Part shown: positions 36,364 to 50,690 of the stretch, in pieces
Numbering within the stretch: the first letter of the stretch is position 1
How the letters are laid out: every line of letters begins with the position of its first letter
From: an uncultured delta proteobacterium
GTDB taxonomy: Bacteria; Myxococcota_A; Polyangia; Polyangiales; Polyangiaceae
Reading direction: 5' to 3'
DNA length: 64,000 nucleotides
Assembly (NCBI GenBank): GCA_963716725.1
Contig: CAVQUB010000027.1
Coordinates: forward strand, 80,118-144,117
Made by a program: the position numbers and the translations under genes
The notes under the pieces: model-generated
What the model was told of the DNA's origin: nothing
Databases searched by the model: none
The model's input: only the letters and a program-made list of their open reading frames with translations

Positions 36364-37024
36364 ATGGAAAAGGTGGTGTGCATCGGGGTTGCGGGCGGCA
36401 CCGGTTCAGGAAAGACGACGGTCGCCGAGGCGATCGTCACGCGCATCGGTCGGGAGCGCATCGCGTACCTGCAGCACGACTCGTACTACCGCGACCTCTC
36501 CGGCCACCAGCAGCGGCACCTGCTGCACCACAACTTCGATCACCCCGACGCGCTCGAAAGCGAGCTGCTGGTGGATCTATCGGCGGAGCTCAAGGCCGGC
36601 CAGCCGATCGCGGTGCCGATCTACGACTTCACCCGCCACGTTCGGACCGACGCGAACCCGGACGGTGGATACCCGCGGCGTCATCCTCGTCGAGGGGATC
36701 CTGATCTTCGCCGAGCGATCGCTGCGCGAGCAGTTCGACATCAAGATCTTCGTCGACACCGACGCCGACCTCCGGCTGATCCGGCGGCTGCGCCGCGACA
36801 TCGCCGAGCGCGGCCGCAGCGCCGACACCGTCGTCAATCAGTACCTGGAGACGGTGCGGCCGATGCACCTGGAGTTCGTCGAGCCGTCGAAGCGATGGGC
36901 GGACCTGATCATCCCCGAAGGAGGGTTCAACCCGGTCGCGCTCGACGTCATCTGCGCCCGGGTCGAGGCGCTGCTGGGCCCCAATGAAGGAAGGCAACAG
37001 GCAACAGGCAACAGGCAACGTTAG
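36364..37024 (+). CDS. udk: Uridine kinase; frameshift at about 36660
   Basis: [59 protein letters not shown]. Confidence 0.95.
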
Positions 37025-37081
37025 GAAGGTGCTCTTCTCGTTCTGTTTCTTCTTACTGTTGCCTGTTGCCTGCTGCCTGCT
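36992..37081. repeat. Inverted pair of 7-bp tandem arrays (AGGCAAC)n / (CTGTTGC)n between convergent udk and hfq
   Basis: aggcaac x4 at 36992-37019; ctgttgc-ctgttgc-ctgctgc-ctgct at 37056-37081. Confidence 0.85.
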
Positions 37082-37082
37082 C

Positions 37083-37457
37083 CTAAGGGATTTGCGGCTC
37101 GCGGCCACGCCGGCGGCGCTGGCGGAGCTCCTCCTCTTCCTTGAACATGTAGCGGATGGAGTGCTTGTAGATCATGAGGTTGGGACCATCGTGGCGGTTG
37201 AGCTTGATGCAGTCCTTGTCGTACCACTCGATCCAGCCGTGCAGCTCGGTGCCGTCGTCGAGCACCACGACCATCGCCGTCTTGTTCTGCATCTGCTTGA
37301 TGAAGTAGTAGTTCTCGGCGTTGGTCTGCTCCGGCGGCGCCTGCTTGCGGTGCACGCCGCTCCGCATCGGGACGCGGTCCGAAACGTCCGAGATGGAGGG
37401 CCGGATCAGCCGGCGGCTGGTCAGGGCATCACCCTGGAAACGCTCGCTATCTCTCAT
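37083..37457 (-). CDS. hfq: RNA chaperone Hfq (acidobacterial type)
   Basis: APPEQTNAENYYF.KQM...VVVLDDG.ELHGWIEWYD...NLMIYKHSIRY (Sm1/Sm2 motifs). Confidence 0.85.
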   Translation of the reverse strand: MRDSERFQGDALTSRRLIRPSISDVSDRVPMRSGVHRKQAPPEQTNAENYYFIKQMQNKTAMVVVLDDGTELHGWIEWYDKDCIKLNRHDGPNLMIYKHSIRYMFKEEEELRQRRRRGREPQIP

Positions 37458-37535
37458 ATGACCATCGTTCTTCTACCGGGACTATACCACCTCGCGTAGC
37501 CTCTTTCCAGCATACGACGCTCGCCATCGCCGAGT

Positions 37536-38159
37536 TTAGGAGTCGCGCGACGAGCGCGAACGCCCTGCGCCGGGGGGAGCCTCGTGCGCCAGGCAGCACA
37601 TCAGCCGGCCGCACATGCCGGAGATCCTCGCCGGGTTGAGCGAGAGGTTCTGCGCCTTTGCCATGCGAATCGAGATCGAGGCGAAGCGCGTCATGTGCGA
37701 GCTGCAGCACAGCGTCCGGCCGCACGGTCCCCACCCCGCCGCGTGCTTGGCCTGGTCGCGGACGCCGACCTGCCGCATCTCGACTCGGCGCCGCAACTGG
37801 CGCGAGAGCGTGCGCACGAGCTCCTTCAGGTCGACCCGCTCCTCCGCGGCGAAGGTCATGATCACGACATCACGGTCGAGGGGGACGAACGCCGCGACCG
37901 GGCGGATCGGCAGCTTCATCTCGCGAGACCGCTGGCGACAGAGCAGGAGTGCGTCCCGCTCGGCGTCGGCCAGCCGACGTGCGGCCTCGATCTCCTCCGC
38001 TGACGCGGTGCGCACCACGGTTCCGGCCGGACGGCCGGCGCCCGGCCGCACGACCGGGAGCTCGAACGCAGCGACGCGCCCCAGCCGCTCGCCGTCGCCG
38101 GTGCGGATCACGTACCACTCCCCGCTGCGAGCCGTGACCGCCTCCGTCTGCTGGCACAC
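37536..38159 (-). CDS. PSP1/RicT (YaaT) family protein; start uncertain
   Basis: F.AEERVD.KELVR.L, RVEMRQVGVRD.AK, GPCGRTLCC, ISGMCGRLMCCL. Confidence 0.88.
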   Translation of the reverse strand: MCQQTEAVTARSGEWYVIRTGDGERLGRVAAFELPVVRPGAGRPAGTVVRTASAEEIEAARRLADAERDALLLCRQRSREMKLPIRPVAAFVPLDRDVVIMTFAAEERVDLKELVRTLSRQLRRRVEMRQVGVRDQAKHAAGWGPCGRTLCCSSHMTRFASISIRMAKAQNLSLNPARISGMCGRLMCCLAHEAPPGAGRSRSSRDS

Positions 38160-38236
38160 GCTGCCCGACCGTCCCGGCCGCGAACGTCACGCGGACCAAG
38201 GCGGCGGCGGCGTCGGTGGCTCGAGGACTTCAGCGC

Positions 38237-38739
38237 TCACGCCCACGCCCCGCCTCGCGGCAGCGCCGCATCGGCCTCTTCGACGGCCCGCGTCTGTGCC
38301 GCCCTCGCCTCCGCCACGCGCACCGCCAGGTCACCGTCGCCGAGCGCGAGGATCTGCGCGGCGAGGAACGCCGCGTTGCGGGCGCCCGCCTTGCCGACGG
38401 CAACCGTGGCCACCGGTACGCCAGCCGGCATCTGGACGGTGGCCAGGAGCGCGTCGAGGCCGTCGGCCACTCCCCCCGGCAGCGGCACGCCGACGACCGG
38501 GCGGGTCGTGGCTGCTGCCACCACGCCGGCGAGGTGTGCCGCCATTCCCGCGCCGCAGACGAACACCTGTACGCCGGCGCGCTCGGCGCGGCGCACCAGC
38601 TCCACCGTGCGGTCGAGCGAGCGGTGCGCCGAGGAGACGTGCGCCTCCCAGGCGATGCCGAGCTTGCCCAGCTCGCCGCCCACCTCGCGCATGATCTCCC
38701 AGTCGCTCGCCGAGCCCATCAGGACCATCACCGCGGCAC

Positions 38740-38743
<4 letters not shown>
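38237..38743 (-). CDS. purE: N5-CAIR mutase
   Basis: MGSASD, SAHRS, GAGMAAHLAG, PVVGVP, QMPAGVPVATV. Confidence 0.97.
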
Positions 38744-40014
<1,271 letters not shown>

Positions 40015-40018
<4 letters not shown>

Positions 40019-41027
40019 TGGCGACCCCCCGTGCCAGCGCCGCCTGCAGCAGCGACAGGCACGACGTTTCTACCACGTCTTGCGCCGAGCAGCCGCGCGA
40101 GAGGTCGTTGGCCGGCCGCGCGAGGCCCTGCAGCAGCGGGCCGAGGGCCCTGCGCGCCGCCGAGCCGTTCGGTCAGCTTGTAGCCGATGTTGCCGGCGTC
40201 GAGGTCGGGGAAGACGAGCACGTTGGCGTGCCCGGCGACCGTGGAGCCCGGGCGCCTTGCGCTCCCCGATGGCCGGGGATGAGGGCGGCGTCGAGCCTGG
40301 AGCTCGCAGTCGAAGGCGAAGTCGACCGACGCGCTGCCGCGAGCACCTCGCCTGCGGCGCGCACCTTGTCGACGTGCGGGTGCTCGGCGGAGCCCTTGGT
40401 CGAGAACGACAGCAGCGCGACGCGCGGCTCGCCGCCGACGATCGCCTTGAACGTCGCCGCGGCGCCGATCGCGATGTCGGCGAGCTGCTCGGCGTCGGGG
40501 TCGGGCAGCACGGCGCAGTCGGCGAACCCCATCAGGCCGCCCTCGCCCCAGCGCGCATCGGGGTGCACCATGATGAACGACGACGACACGGTCTTGATGC
40601 CCTGCTGCGGTCCGATGGCGTGCAGCGCCGCGCGCACCGTGTCGGCGGTCGTGCGCACCGCGCCGCCGACCGAGGCGTCGCACTCGCCCGCGGCCACCAG
40701 CAGCGAGGCGAAGTAGAGCGGGTCGGCGAGCGCCGCCTCGCTCTGCTCGCGCGTCCACCCCTTCGGGCCGCGGCGGGAGTGCAGCAGTTCGGCGAGTTGC
40801 GACCGGCGGCTGTCGCTCGCCGGGTCGGCAACCGTCACCCCCAGGTCACGCAGCCGCGCGTGCTCCGCGGTCTCCTGTGCCGCCGGGCAAAGCGCCGTGA
40901 CGCGACAGATGTCCTGCTCCCGCAGCGTCCTCGCCGCCTCGATGATGCGGACGTCGAACCCCTCTACCAGGACCACGTGGCCGCGTACGTCACGGGCGCG
41001 TTGCGCCAAGCTCTCGAGAAACCCCAT
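40015..41027 (-). CDS. pta: Phosphate acetyltransferase; frameshifts
   Basis: [66 protein letters not shown]. Confidence 0.92.
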
Positions 41028-41136
41028 TCGCCCTCCCGATCCCCCGGCCGACATTGTACCGTCCTTTCACGAACACCTCGAAGAACCGTGCGGCCGCTTT
41101 CGGCAGCCCGCACGGAGCTTCCCGTGTGACGCCCCC

Positions 41137-41165
41137 TTGACATTGCAGCGATGCGACCGTATCGT
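41137..41165 (+). promoter_or_regulatory. Sigma70-like promoter for the mtrCAB-like operon
   Basis: TTGACA-N17-TATCGT. Confidence 0.6.
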
Positions 41166-41319
41166 GACGTAAGTGATGGTTACTGGACGCTCTTTACGGC
41201 GCGACGGCATGAACGACCCCAAGGTGGGTGCCCGTATGCGCCGTTGCACCCGGGGTTTCCGGACGTAAGTTAGCGCGGCGCCTGCGTCACACAGGCCCGT
41301 GGGGGAAAGGGGTGGGACA

Positions 41320-43389
41320 ATGTTGCTTCATAGCCTTGGTGTCGCGCTGTTGTCGGTGGCCGCGGTGGGGTCGGTGCCGTCGCATCCCCCCGGCACGTCG
41401 ATTCGCCAGCCGCTGCGCTCGAAGCCGGTGGCTCTCTACTCGGCACACCAGATGGAAGCGTACCTCTCCGCTGAGGACGTCGCCTACATCCGGCCCGGGT
41501 ACAACATCACGCTGGTGAGCTTCCAGATCCCGGCCGACCGCCGTCCGGTGGCCGAGGTCAAGTTCACCGACGACCTGAACCAGCCGCTCGATCGGCTGGG
41601 CCAGGCCACGCCGGGCGCGGTTTCCGCGTCGTTCATCCTCTCCTGGTACGACGCCGCCAACCGCGACTACGTCGCCTACACAAAGCGGACGCAGACCAGC
41701 CCGATCACGGGGCAGGCGGCCGTACAGGCGTCGGCGGACTCGGGCGGCCAGTGGACCGAGGTCACGCTCGGCACCTACCGCTACCGCTTCGGCACCACAC
41801 TGCCGGCCGGGTTCGATCAGACCAAGACCCACACGCTGGGCATCTACGGCTCGCGCAACGTCAGCGACGATCATCGGGAAGAGCTACTACGGAACCTCCT
41901 GTACGACTTCCGTCCCGACGGCGGTGCCGTGACCGCGAAGTGGGACGCCGTCGCCACGGCGACGTGCAACTGCCTGTCACGACCCGCTCGCCCTCCACGG
42001 CGGCTCGCGCCGCGAGGTCAAGCTCTGCGTGCTGTGCCACAACAAGACGCAGTCGACCGACCCGGACACCGGCAACACGGTCGAGATGCGCTCGATGATC
42101 CACAAGATCCACAACGGTCCGAACCTGAGCCAACGGCTACACGATCATCGGCTTCGGCAGACGCCGTCCACGACTACTCCCACGTCACCTACCCGCAGGA
42201 CGTCCGCAACTGCGCGACCTGCCACGAGGCGACAACCTCGCCCGAGGGCACATCTGGTACACCAACCCGTCCCGCGTGGCCTGCGGCTCCTGCCACGACG
42301 ACATCAACTGGGACCACCGGCGAGAACCACGTCGCCGGACCGTTGTTCGACGACCACGCACTGCGCCAGCTGCCACCAGCCCGAGGGCGAGAGCGAGTTC
42401 GACGTCTCGATCAAGGGCGCCCACACCATCCCGACCAAGTCCGACGCAGCTCAAGGGCCTCAACGATCGAGATCATGAGCGTGACCAACACCGCGCCGGG
42501 AGCAGAAGCCGACGGTGACTGTTCAAGCTCACGAACACGCGACGGCATGGTCGTCGCGCCGTCGTCGCTCAACAGCTTCCGAACTTCCTGTCTCGGCGGC
42601 CCGACCATCGACTACACCAGCTATTTCCGCGAGGACTGCCAGGACGCTCTCGACGTGGCCAGTGGCGGCACCTGCGACGCTACACCTTCACCGACGCCAT
42701 TCCCGGCCGGTGCGACCGGCACCTGGACGCTCGTCCGCGGACGTACTACCGCAACGTCACGCTCACACCACGCGGACGCCGAGCGCGGCGATCCGCGAGG
42801 CCGGCGCTACAACCCGATCTTCAACGTCCTCGTCACCGACGCTCCAGGCGATGTCCCGCCGCGCACGGTGGTCGATCCCCGACAAGTGCAACGAGTGCCA
42901 CGACGTCGCTCGCCTTGCACGGCGGCCAGCGCTCCGAGGTCGAGGAGTGCGTCATCTGCCACAACCCGAACGCGACCGACGCGTCCGCCGTCCGCGGCCA
43001 GAGCCGGCCGAGACGGTCCACTTCAAGTGGATGATCCACCGGATCCACACCGGCGAGGAGCTCACCCGCGACTACACGATCTACGGCTTCGGCGGCACGC
43101 CCACAACTACAACGAGGTGCTCTACCCCGGCGACCGCCGCAACTGCGAGACGTGCCACGTGGCCGGCAGCTACGGACCTGCCGTTGCCCGACGGGCCGCT
43201 GCCGACGCAGACGCCGCGCGACTTCGTGCCCGCAGTGGAGCCCGCGTGCGGCCGCCTGCCTCGTCGTGCCACGACAGCCTCGACGCCGCCGCCCACGCCT
43301 ACGTCAACACCGCGCCGTTCGGCGAGGCCTGCGCCTCCTGCCACGGCGACGAACGCGATGGTCGCGTCGACAAGGTTCACGCCCGCTAA
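41320..43389 (+). CDS. mtrC: OmcA/MtrC family decaheme c-type cytochrome; frameshifts
   Basis: Signal peptide; about 10 CxxCH motifs across frames (CVLCH, CATCH, CGSCH, CASCH, CNECH, CVICH, CETCH, etc.); MIHKIH and MIHRIH motifs; LHGG.R. Confidence 0.88.
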   Translation: MLLHSLGVALLSVAAVGSVPSHPPGTSIRQPLRSKPVALYSAHQMEAYLSAEDVAYIRPGYNITLVSFQIPADRRPVAEVKFTDDLNQPLDRLGQATPGAVSASFILSWYDAANRDYVAYTKRTQTSPITGQAAVQASADSGGQWTEVTLGTYRYRFGTTLPAGFDQTKTHTLGIYGSRNVSDDHREELLRNLLYDFRPDGGAVTAKWDAVATATCNCLSRPARPPRRLAPRGQALRAVPQQDAVDRPGHRQHGRDALDDPQDPQRSEPEPTATRSSASADAVHDYSHVTYPQDVRNCATCHEATTSPEGTSGTPTRPAWPAAPATTTSTGTTGENHVAGPLFDDHALRQLPPARGRERVRRLDQGRPHHPDQVRRSSRASTIEIMSVTNTAPGAEADGDCSSSRTRDGMVVAPSSLNSFRTSCLGGPTIDYTSYFREDCQDALDVASGGTCDATPSPTPFPAGATGTWTLVRGRTTATSRSHHADAERGDPRGRRYNPIFNVLVTDAPGDVPPRTVVDPRQVQRVPRRRSPCTAASAPRSRSASSATTRTRPTRPPSAARAGRDGPLQVDDPPDPHRRGAHPRLHDLRLRRHAHNYNEVLYPGDRRNCETCHVAGSYGPAVARRAAADADAARLRARSGARVRPPASSCHDSLDAAAHAYVNTAPFGEACASCHGDERDGRVDKVHAR

Positions 43390-43462
43390 GTACGAGGACG
43401 ACCGCCGGGCGGGCCGACCCGGGCCTCCCGGCTGGCCCGCCCCGCCCGGGAAAGGTGGATGG

Positions 43463-44385
43463 ATGAAACGATCGCACTGCGCGGTAGCCGCCCTGCGTTC
43501 ATCCTGGTCTCCTCGGCCGGTGGCGTGACTCGCCGACGGCGACGAGCCAGCGAGGACGCTACCCTGCTGCGGAGTGCCACGACACGGTGGCGGCCGTTCC
43601 CGGCGAACCCCCACGCGCGCGCGCTGGCGCGGGACGGCGCCGGCCGACGCGGTGTGCGCGTCGCTGCCACGCCGACGGCAAGGCGCACATCGAGGCGGGC
43701 GGCGACGCCGTCGCTGATCAAGAGGCCGGCACGGCGCCGACGGTGCGGCCGACCTGCCTCTCCTGCCACGACGGCCGCGAGTCACAACGACATCCAGCCG
43801 GACGGGGTCCACGCGCATCGCGAGGCGTGAACTGCGACTCACCTGCCACGCGATCCACGCGCGCCAAGCCGCCGGAGCCGCCTGCTGCGAAGCGCCAGGC
43901 AGCGAGCTGTGCGTCGTCCTGCCACCCGGACGTCCGCGGCCTCGTTCCGGCAAGCCGTACACCCACCGCATGCACTCGAGCGGGACGGCGGCGGCAGGCC
44001 GGGATGCAGTGCTCCTCCTGCCACAACCCGCACGGGCGACGGGCGAGGGCGCGCTCAAGCTAGACCGCGGCCGGGCGAGAGCGCCGTGCCTGACCTGCCA
44101 CACCGACAAGCGCGGACCGTACGTCTTCAGCACGGCGGCCCGAGTCGCCGGCAGCCTGCCAGTCGTGCCACGAGCCGCACGGCTCGAACAACCCCGAAGC
44201 ATGCTGACCCGCTCGCGGGTCGTCGCAGCTCTGCCTCGAGTGCCACTCCACGCATCGCCGGCGGGCACCCTGGGCTCGCAGCCGCCGTCGATCCACGACC
44301 TGCGCTAGCCCGCGCTACGCAGAACTGCACGACGTGCCACGTGGCGGTCCACGGGTCCAACGTGTCGCCGCGGCTGCTGCGATAG
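43463..44385 (+). CDS. mtrA: DmsE/MtrA family periplasmic decaheme cytochrome; frameshifts
   Basis: About 10 CxxCH across frames (CLSCH, CSSCHNPHG, CLTCH.DKRGPYVF, CQSCHEPHGS, CLECH, CTTCHVAVHGSN). Confidence 0.88.
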
Positions 44386-44394
44386 GAGGCCGAG

Positions 44395-46334
44395 ATGAAA
44401 AGACGCGCATCCTCATCGCTCTCCTCCTCGTGGCCGCGGTGGCGTTCGTCCCTGCGGTGCCGGCACAGACGTCGCAGTTCGACCTCGGCATCGGCTACCA
44501 GTCGCTCGACGTCAGCGGCAACGAAGACGTCTTCCGTACCCAGGTCAAGGAGAAGGACGGCTTCCTGCTCGACTTCCTGAGCTCCTACTGGTCGAGCCCG
44601 AGGGCGGCCTCTTCGATCGCCTGCCGCTCGACGCGGCCGGCATCGGCGCCAGCCCCGACACCCGGTTCCGCGTCGAGGCGAGCCGCCGGGCGCGTACAAG
44701 CTGCGCGTCAGCTACTCCCGCGCCGACGTCTTCTCGGCGCTGCCCGCCCATGCCAACCCGTTCCTGGCGAGCGGGCGTCATCCCCGGCCAGCACACCTTC
44801 GACCGCCGCCGCGACTCTTCGACGTCGACCTCGAGCTGCTCCCGGGCGCCACCGTCTCGCCGCTCGTCGGCTTCTCGCGACAGCGCTACTCGGGCCCCGG
44901 CACGACGACCTACCACCTCGGCCAGGACGAGTTCGGCCTCGCACTCGATCTCGACGAGACGGTCGACGAGTACCGCGTCGGCCTCGCGTTCACGCTCGGC
45001 GACTGGCGCGCCACGGTGCTGCAGGGGTGGCGGAGCAGCGACTCGAGCTACGACTACACTCTCGAGCAGGCGCCTCGGGCGGCAACAACTCCCGCCCCGT
45101 CCTCGGCCGCGACATCTCCGCCAGCCTGCTCGCCGGTCACAGCCGCACGATCGCGAGCGCGCCGTTCACCAACGCCTTCGTCACCGGACGCCTCGGCACC
45201 CGGCTGCGCATCGTCGGCTCGTACGCCCGCGCCGACGGCGTCGACTCCGAGACCGACGAGACGTTCACCGCGCGCGGCCAGTTCGCGTCGTTCGCTCTCC
45301 AGCGCTTCTTCCAGGGAGCGATGGACACCGCCTACGGCGATGCCGAGAGCAACGGCTGGCGCGGCAACGCCCGCGTCGAGGTCGAGGTGACGTCGTGGCT
45401 CGATGTCATCGTCGGCTTCTCCTCCGCCACCGTGCGCTCACGGGCAGCGCGCTGGTCTATACCAACTACCTCGGATACCGTGAATTTCTCCAACGCCGAC
45501 CCGGCGACGGTGGCGGCGCTTCTCGCCGCCGACACCGCCTGGGAGCGCGACGAGGACTTCGCCGAGGGCAAGGTGGTGGTGCGGCCCGTGAAGTGGCTGC
45601 GCCTCTGGGCCGGCGGCGGCTCGCTCGACCAGGAGGTCACGATCACCCCGGCAGCCGCCGAGATCGTGGTGCCGGGCGGCCAGGGCGGCTCCTACGGTCG
45701 CAGCATCGAGCGCCTCTCGGCCGGCGCCGATCTCGACCTCGGCCCGGTCACGCTCGGCGTCGACTGGCTCGAGGACGACGCCAACCGGGCGCTGGTCCGC
45801 ACCGATTACCTCGACCGCGAGCGCCTGCGCGCCCGCGCCGGCGTCAAGCTCGGGTCCCTGGTGCGCTTCCTTGGCACCGCCGAGTGGATCGACCTCGCCA
45901 ACCCGACCCCCGGGATCCAGTACGACGCCGAGATCGAGCACCTCGCGGCCAGCGTCGAGGTGACACCGGTGGAGGCGTTCACGCTGCACGCCGGTTACGA
46001 CATCTACTCCTCCGACTCGACCGTGATCTTCCGCACGCCGCAGGATTTCTCCACCGGTCCCTCGATCTACGCCGAGGACGGCGAGAGCATCGACGGCGGC
46101 GTCTCCCTCAAGCTCGGCCGCTTCAAGATCGACGCCGGCGCGAGCCGCTACAGTAACGAGGGCGACATGCCGTTCGACCTCGACCGCACCTACGCCCGCT
46201 TCGACGTCCAGATCACCGACGCCATCGGCGTCTACGGCCAGTACGAGTCGCGCGACTACGACGAGACCTTGCTGCCGATCGCTGATTACTCGGCCGACCG
46301 CTACGGGCTGTTCCTTCGCTGGTCGAGCAAGTAG
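44395..46334 (+). CDS. MtrB/PioB-like outer-membrane beta-barrel; frameshifts in the N-terminal half
   Basis: RBS AGGAGG, signal peptide, long amphipathic beta-strands, C-terminal YGLFLRW; directly follows mtrA. Confidence 0.75.
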
Positions 46335-46355
46335 GCTCGCTCAGTTCATCTCCTT

Positions 46356-46384
46356 GCGGCCCCTCGCGGGGCCGCTTTTGTTTT
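46356..46384 (+). terminator. Rho-independent terminator
   Basis: gcggcccc-tcgc-ggggccgc followed by ttttgtttt. Confidence 0.85.
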
Positions 46385-46450
46385 CATGGAGTTGGCGGTG
46401 TCGCTCGGCTCGCGGCAAGGGCCTCCTCAGGTCGCGGAAACCGGGGCTGG

Positions 46451-46479
46451 AATAATTACTGATATTTGATACTATAAAT
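46451..46479 (+). promoter_or_regulatory. AT-rich putative Rrf2 operator/promoter
   Basis: aataattactgatatttgatactataaat in GC-rich DNA, immediately before the Rrf2 gene. Confidence 0.5.
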
Positions 46480-46482
46480 GTC

Positions 46483-46869
46483 GTGAATACGACCGACGCC
46501 TACCGGATCGAGGCGCTGCTGGAGATCGCGGCGGCCTACCCTGAGCCGCTCACCGCCGCCGAGATCGCCCGCCGCCGCTGCATCCCGGCGCCGTTCCTCG
46601 GCCGGCTGGTGGCGGCCACCGCCCGCACCGGAGTCCTCGCCACGACCAGGGGCCCGCGCGGCGGCGTGCGCCTCGTACGGCCGCCCGAGCTGGTGACGCT
46701 CGCGGAGGGGGCGCCGGTGCCGCCCGCCCACCGAGCCGGCGGCGCCGCGGTGGCCTGGCTCGAGAGCGCGCTCGCCGGCGCTCGGCTGGCCGTGCTCGAG
46801 CGGACGACGCTGGCCGACCTGCTCGCGATCGAGCGCCGCGACAAGAGCAACGACGACTGGACCATCTAG
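46483..46869 (+). CDS. Rrf2 family regulator (CymR-like)
   Basis: [35 protein letters not shown]; precedes cysK. Confidence 0.85.
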   Translation: MNTTDAYRIEALLEIAAAYPEPLTAAEIARRRCIPAPFLGRLVAATARTGVLATTRGPRGGVRLVRPPELVTLAEGAPVPPAHRAGGAAVAWLESALAGARLAVLERTTLADLLAIERRDKSNDDWTI

Positions 46870-46877
46870 GAGGCATC

Positions 46878-47819
<942 letters not shown>

Positions 47820-47900
47820 GCGGCGAGGGGCGTGGCGGCTCGCGAGGCGTAGGGCAGGGTGCCCCGCAGGCGCTGGCATCGACCAGCGCTTCGACCCGTT

Positions 47901-50218
47901 TCAGTTCCTGAGGACTCCCGTAAGTGTGAGCGAACCTGCGGGCGCCAGTACGCCGCCAGAACAACTGCTAGCGGCGCTCCCAGCCTGCGGCGCTGCTGCA
48001 ACAGGCTGGGTCAGGTCGATCATGCAGAGGCGATAGTTCCCCATCGCCATCATTGGTACCAGCAACGGCTCCGGGAAACTCGACCTCAGCCCTTGAGCGC
48101 GCAGCCAACCGAAGATCAGTGATTGAGGCACCAGAGCATCGTCCTGAAAGACCACGAAGGTGGTGGACGCAGCGGCCAAGCTATCGAATACAGCGCCGAG
48201 ATCCAGCACGAGTGAGCCGCCAAATGGTTCTACACGAACCTCCATTGGGGTACGCTCCGATACCACGCGCCGGAACGCGCGAAGAGAAAATCCAGGAGCG
48301 AACACGGTCACGTAGACACTGCTAACGCCCATGGGCGTTCTAAGCCTGAAGGCACCGGAAGCATCCGTGACGGTCTGCTCCAGCGGCCTCGCCAACGCCT
48401 CCTGAAAGTCCGTCGAGTAAGCATAGACGACGGCTCGCGGCACTCCCTGGCCCAGGTGCGACAGGACCCGCCCCGTAAGCTCGTTGTCCGGGTGCAGAAG
48501 CAGGATGATCGGAGGGGGCGTCTGGCTTTCGGTGACTTGTACCGGCACACGCTCCGAGGTCCAGGTGCCGTCTTGGTCATGATGCTGAGCGTATACCTCC
48601 AGTCTCCCCTCTGCAGCAGCCCCTATGGAGAAGCGCCCATCACTGTCGGTGGTCGTCTGCGAATTGTCCGACCAGTTTCTCGGCTGCACCACTCTCACGT
48701 CGGCTCCGGCAACGGGCATCTTGCCTGCCTTGACGACGCTTCCCTCGATCATCGTGGCCGGCAGAACAAGCTCCACTGTTGCCGCACCGGACTCGTCCGC
48801 CGCGATGCGGACATTGCGCACGACGCGTTTGACCGTGGGGCTGGACGAGGTCACTCGAACAGACCAAACGCCGTCGCCAGGTAGGTTAGAGAAGAACTCT
48901 CCCGCCTCGTCTGAGTGCACCTCGACCCGCGCGCCGGAGTCGGACTTCATAAAGGTCAGACGAGCCTGGAGTGGGCGCTCGCCGACCTTTACGACGCCAG
49001 TCACTAGTAGACTCGCAACGCTCAATTCCAGTCGCGTCGTCGATTCGTTCAACTCATGCTTCTGCATCAACATCGTCATGCCGGCGCTATCGTAGAGGGC
49101 AGCGCGATACGTTCCAGGAGGCAAGTCGGGACAACTTACTGAGCCAGCGTCGGAAACTGTGGCTCGAAAACGAGACTGCCAGACTCCCGGGGCGATCCCC
49201 GCTTCTTTAAGCTCCAGAGTCCAGGGGTGCCCCGCCGGGTCTTGGGGCGGCGCAACAGCCACATTGAGCGCCAAAGGACGCTGGAGGGAGATCGCATGCC
49301 TCAACTCCGTCAGGGATCGTTCGACAACGGTCACGGAGCTCATGGTCGCCGTTGCGAAGCCCGACGCGGTCACCTTGATTTCGTAACTTCCCGGTTCCAG
49401 ACCATTGACTACGAAGTGGCCATGCTCATCCGTGGTCGCGGTCAGGTTCAGACTTCTGCGGCGCGCCACCTCGTCCTTCCTTGGCGCGATTGCAAGTGAC
49501 GGCGTTACAATCACCTGCGCGCCTAGCGCCGGCAGGCCGGTCTCACCGATGACCACCTTGCCTGCAACCTCCGCCCCGAGGAACAAGCGTCCATGTCCCC
49601 AGGTCTCGAGACACGCCACCGGCAAGAACCTCGTCCCATAGGTACCGCGATACGAAGGTCGGTGCGCGAAGGCGGAGGTCGAGTGAACTCGCAGGCACGG
49701 TGCACGTGAAGCGTAGGGCTTCGACCGGACAAGCAACCTCTCCGCTAGGCTTCCCGACGGGCTGAGCGCCGATGACCCTGGTAGGCGTCGCGGCGCTCAG
49801 TACCGAGGGTTGAAACCGCGCGGTGAGGACCGTGGGGGGCTGCTCCGACTGCGGCACAATGAGCTTCCCGGTAAGCATGGCCACGGGCCAAAGGAGTATC
49901 TGAACCGTCGGCGGGCGAGCATCAACGAATACCGTCGTAGACTCAGCCCAGTAGGACTCGGCTTCAACGCTGAGCTCCCAGACAATTCCCTGGTCCAATG
50001 CGAACTCAACGGAACCTGGAAGCTTCGGGCACGGAATGCCGCGTTGTGAGAGTCCCTGCGGTCAACGGCCCCCGTCCGCCTATGGGGACCGCTGTCACAT
50101 GGCAGGTCTGCTCGACTCCGGCTCGCGTCAGATCAAAGAACCTGAGCTGCACGTCGACCTGGATTGGGCTGGTCGCCGCAGCGGCCACTGCAGCGATCAG
50201 ACCGCTTCCAAAAAGCAC
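47901..50218 (-). CDS. Large secreted protein with multiple carboxypeptidase-regulatory-like (beta-sandwich) domains; at least 2 frameshifts
   Basis: Consecutive ORFs 50006-50218, 49543-49998 and 47901-49736 join up; repeats TTDEHGHF..GLEPGSY, TTDSDGRF, VTDASGAF. Confidence 0.75.
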
Positions 50219-50317
50219 GATTACCCCCAGTCTATTGGTGCATCGCCGGCCGCATCAAGAGACTCAACTCACCAATGAGAATTCGCGCGGTGAATCGGCT
50301 CGCCCCTGGTTGCAGTC

Positions 50318-50572
50318 TTACCGCACGATAATAACCTCGCAGAACTCGGCCATCATCACGCAGTCGCCTTCGTTGTGGAGAATGGGAATCCCCGTCTCGC
50401 GGCAGTCGCAGTTCCCCATCTCCTCCCAGAACACATCTACACAGTCCGCGAAGAGAATTCCCCCTTCGCATTTCTCGCAGTCGCAGTAACTGGCTCCGAG
50501 AGGTTGCGAAGTGACAAGCAAGGTCAACGCGAAAACGACAATACCAACGCGTCCAAGAAAGGTCTTCCTCAT
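50318..50572 (-). CDS. Small secreted Cys-rich peptide (8 Cys)
   Basis: RBS AAGGAGG and upstream TTGACA; signal peptide MRKTFLGRVGIVVFALTLLVTSQPLGA; mature part SYCDCEKC...C...CDC...C...C. Confidence 0.75.
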   Translation of the reverse strand: MRKTFLGRVGIVVFALTLLVTSQPLGASYCDCEKCEGGILFADCVDVFWEEMGNCDCRETGIPILHNEGDCVMMAEFCEVIIVR

Positions 50573-50690
50573 GATGAGCCTCCTTGCTGCGAATACTCCC
50601 CCCCCCTAGCCGCGGTTGTCAAGTGGGTGGGTCCAGAGCGTCAACGAGCGACTGACCTGCGCGCTTGCCGCAACTGTGAGCGAGTACCAG

